In this document: positions 52,856-64,000 of the stretch, piece by piece
How the letters are laid out: the number at the start of each line of letters is the position of its first letter
How positions within the stretch are numbered: the first letter of the stretch is position 1
From: Iphione sp. A-MEVVRFRX5
Taxonomy: Eukaryota
Direction: 5' to 3'
NCBI GenBank assembly: GCA_976226885.1
Contig: OZ320316.1
Span: forward strand, 64,418,001-64,482,000
Length of the DNA: 64,000 nucleotides
Position numbers and translations under genes: made by a program
Notes under the pieces: generated by a model
The model's input: the letters and a program-made list of their open reading frames with translations, nothing else
Told to the model about the DNA's origin: nothing
The model's database searches: none

Positions 52856-54892
52856 ACAAGTGTCTTGAAGTGTCCAGAAAATTGGTTGAAATCTCCCGGA
52901 CTCTACCGAGGAAAAAAACTCACACAAGGAAACCCGTAGTATCAATATATTAACAAAGCAACGGGTAGCGCAATCAGGCAGGTGGTTGTAAGCAACCGCG
53001 AGAATAGTGCGAGATCTGCTGGCGCTGAATGGGTACTGATTGAAACGGCAACTGGCGAAGAGTTATTCTAATCTCTATTAGAAATCGCCAGAATCTGTCG
53101 CCGTCAGAAACGTAAATGTAACATTGCAGTCGACGTTAATATTAGCCGATGTGCCTCAATCATCATATCTCTCGCATGAAGCGCAGAGCCGACTTTGAAA
53201 ATTAGTGGCCAACTTGTCCCTGTTCGCAATCCCTGCTTCTAGATGAGGGTGATGATCGGCGAACGCTGGGCTAATGAAGCCTGGGCTGCTTATTTTCCAG
53301 CGCACCCTTGAAGCCCCCTCCCACTGACGCTCCGAGACGCGACGCGAATCAATGGACTCTGCGTTCCCGTGGACTAACACAGACGGCATTGATCGGCAAA
53401 ATTAAACGAGGCGAGTGGCGGTAAGCTACACAATGAGTTGCCGGCAGCTGCCTATTTCATTGCCCGCCTGCTCAGCCTTGACGCGCCAGTTTAACCCTCA
53501 GGTGGAAGGATGTATACGAGAAAGTCAGGTGGGACGGTGGAACCAGCCCTGGGATGTGGGCGCTCATCACGTACAGCCATGCACAAAAAGCAAATAGAAT
53601 TACCTTGATCCGCTTTTACGTCTGTGTCCAATGAGGCTCGCGTCTTCCTTGAGCCACCCTCGTTTACTGCCAACGCACAAAGAAGTAAACCTCTTCATGT
53701 ATCGGGATTTGTCGTTTTAGTGCATAATACTCTTCTTACACGTGAGTGTAAATGTAGTGCATTGTACAGGTGAGCGTAAAATCCCAGTCTTGTCAGGATA
53801 ATCTGGTTTGGATAGAAGGGTTAAAAAATGTCTGCAACTTGTGAGATGTGAAACTAATAGTGTTGAAAAGAGTAAACGATACTTTCAGGATAGCATTTCT
53901 TAGAGCAATTATTGTACTTTTGGGAAAAATGACTATGGGAGATGATACCAGTCGATCTCAGATTGGACATAACAAAAAGGCGATTCATTATGACGAACAA
54001 GTAATACAAGTACATTAAAAAACTATCAGTCAACAGTTATGTCCACGAGACGTTTCAATCTTGAAACATAAGATGACAGTGATGTCTTTGGAGTCCTTCA
54101 ACTAGACCAAACTGATTGGTGGTATGCAGGCTATATGACTAGATGAGAACGTGTCTGATCTTCCACGAGCCAGCTACTGTGCTAACTTCAATTTCATACG
54201 GCGGTCAATGGGCAAAATTCTGCAATGAATACTAGCAGAAGAAAGGCTGGATGGACGAATTCTCTTCATAGGTCACGTACACCATTTGCCCCTCCTCCGG
54301 TACAATTCCGCCACATGTATTTAGCACCACACGCATGTCTGGACATGTAAATTTCTCCAGTTATTATTTTATTTCTTGTTGGTACCATTTTGATGTTTAT
54401 ACAATAAACGGCACAGGCTACAACCAATTTAAGCGGGTATTATTACATACAATCACCTATCCTACGCATGAACCTTCCGGACTCCCTTTATTACGTGTGT
54501 CCTATTTAATTTCCAGAAGTCTTGTGCATGTACTTGGATTCTGTTCATAAATGACGAAAGAAATAACAGGATATCTTTGAGTTTGATGTATCGTTTTTGT
54601 CTAATAATAATCAACAGCGTGGCATGTGTCTTACGTCACAGCATTTGAGCGGCATTAACCTGATCTGCAACGACGGCGCGAAAGCTACACTGTCAGGAGA
54701 TACATCCTTTTTCAATACTGTTGAATGAAATAGATGCATTTGTCGTGTATAATATAAGCAGGACTAAGCAGTGTTCAGTCTGTTGCGCAGAGGAGTTTCG
54801 CCCTACCTAGACCTAACGTCAACCAGATGCTCTCATCCACCTATTTCTCCAACAGGTCCTCAATGACTGCCAACATTAAAGATGTATTCCTT

Positions 54893-54923
54893 CGTTCCAA
54901 GCCTGTAAGGCTTTTCTTCAGAC
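54893..54923 (-). mobile_element. Degenerate minimal hammerhead motif, probable Penelope-like pLTR relic
   Basis: The minus strand reads GT-CTGAAGA-A-AAGCC-ttaca-GGCTT-GGAACG; the canonical form is CTGANGA-A-stem-GAAACG. One core substitution; stems I and III are not intact. Confidence 0.35.
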
Positions 54924-57615
54924 GCAATGTCGACGACGTTATAAGTACGGGTGCGTTTTGTTGGCTCGGTCAGCACATTAGTTATGCGATTGTGGGTGAC
55001 GTTGAATGAAGCCAGCTGAAAACTGAAAACATTTTCGCTGAAAAATGTTCAGGCATTAAAGGAATATGTCGAATTCATTTGAAGGCATACACAAAATGGT
55101 GACCGCCACGTGGGAATTAAGTTAATTTGGCTTAATTTGATCTAAGTCGTCCTGATTGATAAATACATCTTAATACGGCTTAATTGATTGAAATCATCAT
55201 GATTAATAAACACTTGGACATGTAAGACCGTAGTGATGTATACAATAAAAAATGATGACTCAATCAACTTCCTCATTTTCGTCACTACGATGATTCTTTT
55301 CAGAGTAAAGAGACTATTGATGAAGAGATTTCGCTCATGATAAAGCAACTTACGAAAATATATGCATTTCACTCTCCACTGCCCACGCTGCGCAACTGTA
55401 AACTGACGTCTCTATGTCTGTCCACGTATATTTAGTCTGGGCAACATCCTTTTTCTCTATAATCGTTCCCAGATGATTTGCCTCGTGTTTTTCCGTACGG
55501 ACAATCTTCCTTTTTCCTTTGCAATATGAGATGTAGTACAGAACGTGAACGTAAAAGAGAATAATTCTCTTTTATCTCGTCAAGTTTGCTCTTGTAGAAT
55601 TTAGCAGTGTGTATAGCATCTCTTTCTAATAACAGAACTCTACCTACCTTACTAGACGTTGAATTATACCTGATTCATTAACGTGTTTGGGATAAATGAA
55701 GATTTAAAGGAAGTGAAAATGTAGATGCGAAAACTCAAAGAAAGTTAACTTTGTGGTATGTTTTCAATTTTGATTCGGGATACAGGTTAACATTTACTCT
55801 TCTATCGCGCTTTGAGCTGGATGCGATGTCCTTGTTGCTATTTGTATATTCATAGATTCCCTAAACATCAAGGATAGGGTGAATATGCTATTTGGCATCA
55901 TACACTCACAGTTTAGTGAGGATTAAGCCCTACAAATGTAGGCAGGAGAAACATCCCAAGGTGTCAATCTCGATGACGCAAGTCAACTGTAATTATCAAG
56001 GGCTCCCTGCTTTGGGCGGCTTTTTCTCTTTCGTTTCCTCTTTAAGGGGTTATTTACATGTGTCCTTATTTGTATGTTTCACGTCTGGATGCTTATGTTA
56101 GAGGCCTTTCCAGTTATGTACAACATTTACCCAGACCTTACACATATATTTGCAGGTATGGAAGTAAAACCAACCAAAGATGGATTTTCTCCACATCCAC
56201 ATGTGTATTCCATAGAAAGTAATAGTAAAATACATCAGGTAGCCATATGTCCATGTATCTATGCAAGGGGCTTCTCCACATCTGCACTTATGCAAAACTT
56301 TTATAAGGATCCATCTGAAAAGCCCCTAACTTATTCCTTGTCTTATTTCTGTGACATACATATTTGTTGTCACTTCTGATGTTGAAGGAGAGGGGGCATT
56401 TGTGGGAATTCCAGCAACGAACACTAATTTTGAAGAAGGCGTCTGTCATGAGTGCGAAAAAACAAAAGTCTACACCTGTAAACAACAATGAGTTTGACAG
56501 TGAATTTCTCTGTCACCTCTCTCTTTCCCCTTCTCCCTCTCTTTCTTTGTCTAGTGTGACAAGCATGACGCCAGCAACACAATGCTGGCGTGTAAGCGCT
56601 TGCTTCATGCATGACTGTACCTACACTGAAATATCCCTGGTTAATAGTTGTTGACAGCTGATATATTTAGTATTTTGTGCAAAATCCTAACTTAATTTGC
56701 ACTCAGTCTTACTGGAATGTTTCATTCCTTGAACAAGTTACCGCCTACATATCCTGCATTTGTTTCATCACCAAAGAGAGCATAGCACCAGACAAAGATG
56801 AAATGTTATCCAGATTCACTATAAATTTAGAATTCCTTTTATGTACAGGATAAAGTGCCCCACATGGGGTTATATGTACACCTGATTTGAAGGCCCTGCA
56901 TTATGAAGTTCAGCGGAAGTAAGAAATATGAGAAGCAAGTAGGTTTTGTTTGACAATCGGAAACAGCATTAATACGCCCCCCTTCTATAGATGCGGGAAA
57001 CAACAACGTGCTGTAAGAACATAAATTCTACTTTGCAGTTTGAAGGTGGAAATATCGTAGGAATCCTACCTCTGTCAAAGCCTGAAAAGTTTTACATTGT
57101 GTTTATCATAGTCGGCTTAATGAAACCTTTCATCCTGTAGGCACTTTGAATTGAATTGAAAACAGTTATGACAATTATCCAAACCACCATATGCGAATTT
57201 ATACGATGTATGTTCTGCCTTTAAGGGTAATGAAAATGCGCAAAAGTTTGATTATAGATGATGCCATTACCGGAGATGAGCATACTTTGCGTACTATAAA
57301 AATGTTCGGCTGAAGCAAACTCTTTACAATGTTATTTGCGAGCATATCAATAACAATTGTGAATCAATATCCTATACTGCGCAGCGGGAAACATATAAAT
57401 AGCGAATTCGAAACCTTCTTGCACCAAAATGTATTTCATGCATGACCAGTATCCATTTTGCGTAAACTGGCATAACTGTTATAAACAACACAAAAATCGT
57501 TTTCTATAATGCTGGGCTCAACTACGCTCCCCTTGCCACCTAATGTATTCCTCCCTACATGTGGTAATTAGTTTACTGCCCTCTAAAGCCAAGTCGTTGT
57601 TCGTTTCTGTTGCAG

Positions 57616-57916
57616 AGTCGGAAGAGGTGGGCTACTGTAACTTCCCGGATTACCTGTGGACACCGTTACCTGACGGCGCCGACCGCAAATGGATCTCTAA
57701 GACGCAGTACATTGACAACACAGCGACCTGGGATCGACAGAAGGAGACAACAGCGCGCCCTACCGAGCTGGTGGTGAAGCACAAGGTGCACGCCTCATGC
57801 ACCGATCAGCAGCCCAACCAAGATGTTCCCTGCTTCCGGATGGATTTCCCTTCCACTGTAATCTGCATCGCCAGAGAGCCGGGTGATAAGTTTAGGGTGC
57901 AGACCCGCAGCAACGA
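57616..57916 (+). CDS. Internal coding exon of an uncharacterised Cys-containing extracellular protein (SEEVGYCNFPDYLW...VICIAREPGDKFRVQTRSN)
   Basis: Strong acceptor gttgttcgtttctgttgcag and donor GA|gtaagt; GC-rich codon usage; stop-free for 301 nt; four Cys. The C-x-F-P-x-x-L...W pattern recalls invertebrate DUF7042-7045-like repeat proteins (from memory, unverified). Confidence 0.85.
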
Positions 57917-60900
57917 GTAAGTGGCCCGTTAGATTGTAACACAGGTAAACCGTGCTGAATTTCTGATCTATTGTTACTGATAACACTACCTCATTCGCTT
58001 ATGTGAAGAAACATTATGGCTCTATATTTGATGAACATCTATTTTTTTCATTTAAACAATGGCAATATATTCCCTCTAAGAGAAATTAATATTGGCTGTA
58101 AAAGAACTAATTCATGGAAGCCTTTTTACAACGTACCTGTTCATGCGATTTTTAAATGAACAAATCTCATCCATCTCATCCGATGGAAGATAAAGCCGGT
58201 GTATTATATTTACATTATAAAATATTATTTATTACACTCGCCGATGTTCTCATTATATATTGTATTGCTCCTCTTATACCAAGGAAAACGGATGTGTAAC
58301 ATGTTTGAAACATGGAAAACTATCTCAGCATCTATAAAGAATGTTTTAAAATAAACAATTGACAAGCAATATCTAGTTCACTCCAATAAGCAATGTCAGG
58401 GTGCATGGGCACCTCTCTCGTAAAGTGCAGGGAGAGAGTGTCTATGTATTCATAGCTGATTCCTTCCTTGTATACAGACAAAACTTTAGGCTTTCACAAC
58501 AGGATCATCATCTTTTGCAAACACAGTTGCGCAAGATCTTTTGAGAACTCCTTCCGGATCATGGAAGCTGGACACTAAAGTATGGAGTGCTGGAATATAT
58601 TTCAGCATATCGAGCTCTGGTGTGACTAGCTATTGATGATGCAGTGTCCATGCCAGACAGGTCATGGTATTACATCTACCACAGAGAATAAAAGATAAAA
58701 AATGAAGGGTTCTTTCCTGACCACGTTCTAGGTAATATGACTTCAAGGTTTCTAAACTCAGCTATGCCTTTCGACCTTGTCTTCTGATTAGGATAGTTAC
58801 ATATTGCCTGCGCTAGTCATGAAGGAAAAGTTAGCAGTAATCTAGGTGAAACATTTCAAGCAAAATGCAATGTATTCATCAAAGCAGTGTAGACACTGGA
58901 AACGAGTCTTTCCATACAAAATTTTATATTGAATAAATCTGTCCAAATGTCCATGTGACAGTGCAGTTTTAAATATGACGAAATTCATTTTATCAGTTTG
59001 TCAGGAAGTATGTTGAAGCACTCTTAAGTACTTGTTCTTTTTTCCCATCACGAAAATTAAGTGTCGCCTATTAATTTAAAAACGATGCACTGCCAGGATG
59101 GTTATGCACGGCAGGACGAGTACTGAGATTGTGTGCACAGCGAGGGAACTGGGGGAACGTGGTGGTGCAAGGAGAAAGGTTAGTGGCAGGCAGCTGCCAA
59201 GACTCCCAAGAACAGAGCGCTCGTCAAAGCGGGGGGGGGCGTTGCGTTAGTCCCTTCCGCTCGAGGAGCCTATTCGAACCGCCACTAGCCGTCAATATAT
59301 CTGTCACGTTGGTGCAAACCCGCCCACAATTAAGTCCATAATGTAGTGTGAAGCACCGGTATGTCCATCGTGTTGGTCGCCTTTAAAACGCTATACCTAC
59401 CTCCCGGCTTTGGACAGACCTCACACCTATTGACTGGCGGATGCATACACATACTTCAGTAAATAGGAGGTGTAGGGCCTTACTGTCGCCAACCCCTCCG
59501 CTTGATCGATAAGGTGCGCCATACATGCAACGTGTAGGATACGACCCGCAAGGAGTAATGAATATGAATAGAACTTTCAAAATGAAATTCGGACAATGCT
59601 GTAACACATCCTCTGGTTGAACATTTTCTTGGAACACCAGGTGAAGCAGAGTCTTGTTTCAAAATCCTGCAGTCAGTTGTCCTGTGCCGAATTACCATCC
59701 ATCATGCTTAGAATTTAGGGTTCGCTCCCACATTTTATTGTATGGAGAGATCCTTTTCCCTCCCTTTTTGCAAGTGGTAAGTGAACGAGGGGCAGAGCAA
59801 GCTCATTCGTGATGAATATTGCACTATTTTGATTATGGGCTTTTGTAAAGGCCTTTCATATGATGTGAAACCCTTCTTATAGTCAAAATGAAGGGCCTTA
59901 CTCTTGCTAGACCCGCTTTTCACAGGGAGAAGGAGTAAGTCTTATACAGAAGGGTTATACCTACATAGAGCCTAAAGCCGATTGGTAATGTTCACAATGA
60001 AATTCGGTAATGGCTATCCCTGACCGGTGCTGATTTATTGTGTTGAGGCAGTGAGAACAAGGAAGTCAATCATGGTGGTCGTGTTCATGCATAGTCGGTG
60101 CCTCCAGTGGTTTTCTCCCAGTGACATTCCTTGGGTGAGGCCATTATGACACCCGAGTAGTCTGCTCCCACATCCAGCCACAAGGTCACAAGGAGGTTGG
60201 TGGGGGGTAGGGGAGAAGCTGAAGTACTCGCAAGACGTGCGGAGTTTAGGCGACTGATTTGAACGAGTATCGTAACCTTTCCTGTTGTGACAATGCATAA
60301 ACTAAGCTGGTCCTGTGGACTGGTTAAGAATGAAGCGTTTCACATCCTTATTTCTTTTCACTTTAAACATATACTACATGCCTACATGTAAAATCTACGT
60401 ATATATACACGTGTTGTTATGTATGTGTTCACTTAAATGAAATATATGTTTTACGGAATACAGGCCAATCATGAACACTCTAAGTTCATTTTTGTAATTT
60501 AAGATCCTCCATATGATTGTTATTTGCAGCGGCTCCCACTTTACCTGCCTCCGCTTTAAGCAGATCAACAAAAACATCATAGAGGTATACTCAGGTAAGT
60601 GTAACTTTGTGAAAAGCTCTCTGAAATAAAGTAGACCCCCTCTATATCCCTGTATGGGGATACACGTACTACATCCCACACTGAGCAGGTGCTTGGGTCG
60701 AGAAGCTTCTAAAGACGTAAAATCTTAAAGCAGGCATTCCGCATCAACCACAAGCCACTTCTCTCTGATCTGCTGGTTTTATTTCTCTGAAGCCAACCGT
60801 TATCAGCATACGAACGAATCAAATTTAAGGAACCTTATGTTTGTGGCGCTGTGATCACAGTTATATATTGTCTGTTATTTATTTGGAAGAGTATTTGAAT

Positions 60901-61095
60901 GGCACTGACTAGAGTACTGTTGCTGGCTAGCATGGATACCATCAGCCACTATCTAGGCAGGCCGGGATCAGGCAGGCGCGCTGTATGTCTTCGGCCCTCT
61001 TCCCCTTTACTGATAGGCGGACAGTGCCCTCAGGTCATGAGAGGCCGCCCTTTGCGTCACACTACCAGGCTGCTGCGCATGACACATCGACCAAT

Positions 61096-61108
61096 GCGCC
61101 CTCTGGCG
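61096..61108 (-). promoter_or_regulatory. CTCF-like motif within a CpG island
   Basis: The minus strand reads CGCCAGAGGGCGC, next to a CCAAT box at 61091. Confidence 0.4.
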
Positions 61109-64000
61109 TCGTCTATGTCTAACCTGTTGGAGGAAAAGGGGACAGGTTCCTCCAGACTTGTCATACAATAGAGTGTCAGTGGCAGCGCGCTCCGCTTGTT
61201 GTGTACGACCATTGATGTAAAGGACACGGCCTCCTGTTAGAAAGACGCCCCTCCTACAGATCGGTGAATATTCAGTGAGAATACGGGCCAATAAGGCAAG
61301 AGGTCTCAAAACTCAAAACAGTCGGTAGTATTCTGTACATCAATTGCAAGATATTAAATAAAGCGACTAGACTGAAGTCTGACTGCTTTCCAAAGATGTT
61401 TCTACGGCATCAACTTTATAATTTTCCGAATTTCCCATAAGTATTCACATAGCACTCAGTAACATTTTCAGTTCCAGGAACGTAATGGCCTTGTGTGATG
61501 CAATACAGTCAGTGCCACAAATGCAGTTAAAACGGATTATGAAACTTCATTTCCTTAATCCTAACCAATATGTATTAACTCACTAACATCCTTCCTATAC
61601 CACGGCACGTCTTTTAAATGTATACTTGTACAATATGTTTGCATAGATTGCTTACGGGCTTGGTGAAAGTATAAAATAGGAAATAACAGGCCAATGAGAA
61701 GCTTTGGAAGAGCACATTTTTTCCTTACATGTAGTGATGGAAATGTCTCCAAGTGGATGATGTAAAACACACATGGCAATGAAGCGCAGTTAGACCAAAG
61801 AGAGTTCCTTTTGGAGTTCAAGCCAATACAGCACGGTCTAGAATATAAAAGGGCACTTGTTGGCACTCGACCATGGGCATACTGGGAAAGAACTTAAAGG
61901 TTCAACTTGTGCTCATTTGAAAAGCAATCCATTGCCTTTTTTCAAGAGGCCAGGGAGGGGAAGAGGTTACATTGATCTTGAAACTGTGCTCGAAGCGGCA
62001 GGAAGGGTTGGCCCCGTCGGTGGATGATGCATCGTTCCCATTTCTGTATGTGACGTTGTGTGTGTGCCTCTTCAAGCTATATGGCTAATTGTCGATGTTC
62101 CTTTCAACGTAGCTTTCTGAGACCGAATGGTAGTATTGTGACACCAGTTGCCTGTGCTCAGCATAGAAACAACTCACCCCTTCTTCTCCTGTTTTCAGTA
62201 GCTTTGCTCTTTTCATTTAATTTCTTCCTCGTGGACATGAAATTGATTTTTAGTGTTTGAATTTCCTGTGACTGTCAATATCAGGTCTCCTTAATTAAGG
62301 GTGATTCTTAGTTTGACATCGATTCATGATGCAGGAAGATTAGAACGTGCCTGTTATAGCCTATATGTGAGCACAATGTGGTATCTATATACCAGTAAGG
62401 ATGTCTCCCTCAGCATCTGCAGGCTCCGTATGCTACACCTTTTGTCAGGCGATGCGGCCAAACCTAGTTCTGTTCTTCGGCAGGAGCACGTGTTTACATG
62501 CCGTTAATTCCCACAGCCGGCCATCCAGACCCAGCTATAAGATATAAATTCCTCGCACCCGGTCCGTTTTTGATTAATCTCCGGGTCAGGCCTATCCTCC
62601 CGCCGCTGCATCGCTCAGCGGCGTCGGACGCCGGGCAGGCCAGCCTGCTTAGCCCCGGCTGATTGACCGCGCACTGCATAATGGCGGGCCGCACTTTCGC
62701 CTTCGACGATGGATAGAGAGCGATGCGCGCCGCTAGGTGTCGACCGGGTAACGGTGCTGATGCATAAAACGCCGGCCATTTGAAGCATGCTGGAAGTAGA
62801 AGCGGGTGGGGCTATTGTCACTTAGCATAAGGAACTACAGCGGCAGCGTATCTTCTACACACTTCCTGCCGTGGTGGCCGTATTTGTGCCGTCGGGGGGC
62901 AGCGCTGTGCGAAGTAGCTTTATTCTTGGAGTGGGGAATCCGGGCACTTGCCACCAGTAGGGTGTAAACAAAGGGCTGTCAGGTTAAAATTAATAGAGAT
63001 TTCAGTGGCTTAATAGGAATCTATTGTGAAAAATGTAAGTTTATCCTTAATCTAAATGATCAAGTTAGTGTCACAACTTTTATCCCTTTCTAAAAGTTTG
63101 TATTCAGCAAAAATACTACAGAGGTGAAAAGTGAGTGATAATCAAGGAGTTTCTGCATATTCTTATGTAAACTCTAAATGCTGTTGAAAACAAACTAATG
63201 ATGGTTTTGACATATGCACTGAATCTGAAGGTAGTTCAACATGTGTGTTCATCATAATGTCAGAATCAGCATTGAAATCAATGCCAAATAAATACTATGG
63301 TAGAAAACAATACAATGACTGAAAGAGAGATGACCAATTGTTTTCACCTCCACTGCAGTCACACTGACCTAAGTATGGGTAAGGGTACCAGGTTTATCAG
63401 CTACAGTGACGTCATTCCCACTCCAAGAATGTTTCTTCACTTCATTCTGAACGTGTCAGACGTTCTTTCCTGGTTGCCCCCCCCCCCCGCACCATCATGT
63501 TCGTTTGTTCGTGCAAACAACCGTATCTGATATCCAGTATCACACTTGTATGGGTACCCGATACTTAAATCATTACTCCCGTGGTTTTCTTCAATTATAT
63601 GTGATATAAACCCCCCCCCCGCTTTTATAAAATAAGTAAACATGTGCTAACACGATTATAGCCACCGAACGGTATCAAATACCAATTTCTAAGTTCGTTG
63701 GCATTCAACGCAAGTCAAATGACTCCTACTGGTACCCTTTTCACCATCACGATTGACCGATACGCTTTTTTGGAAGATGAGCTCCTCCTTCACAGAGACA
63801 CCACTGACACATGCATCCAGCATAGACAAGTTGCAAGCTTCCGTGGCCTCTCCGATTCTAAAACTGATATCTTTGACTCCATATAACTTATACACCATTT
63901 GACAGAAAAATACTAAATTTGCCGTATATTAATTTACCCTCTGTATGCTGTCAAATGTAATTACACAAAATTGTAATATTCAGTGCTAGCCAGCTTTGTT

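Noticed and set aside
53721-53769. 49-nt exon candidate ending at CAG|gtgagc
   Set aside because: It would shift the frame between the phase-1 flanking exons.
58430-58600. Possible LINE 3'-end peptide remnant
   Set aside because: Only vague similarity with no diagnostic motif intact.

Overview
This is AT-rich animal genomic DNA with GT-AG introns and a marine-invertebrate-type repeat landscape. The species cannot be determined from the sequence. I found no rRNA, tRNA or CRISPR array, and almost all ORFs in the six-frame track are spurious or fragments of decayed transposons. The main host feature is the 5' part of a + strand gene for an uncharacterised, probably secreted, Cys-containing protein. 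It has a CpG-rich promoter and exon 1 (donor at 19785), exon 2 (23171-23348, signal peptide from ATG 23294), an apparent ~34 kb intron, and a 301-nt coding exon (57616-57916) with a C-x-F-P...W domain. The gene continues beyond the window. Its predicted leader carries a 65-codon spliced uORF that stops 1 nt before the main ATG. The rest is mostly transposon debris: a full-length but dead tyrosine-recombinase (DIRS-order) retrotransposon (~12378-16791, -), a near full-length CR1/L2-group LINE (~44500-50130, -), several other LINE remnants, and MITEs with recognisable TIRs/TSDs. There is also an unidentified intron-containing coding remnant at ~4113-5700 (-). All family assignments come from manual translation and recalled motifs; no database search was run. 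Coordinates of decayed elements are approximate.
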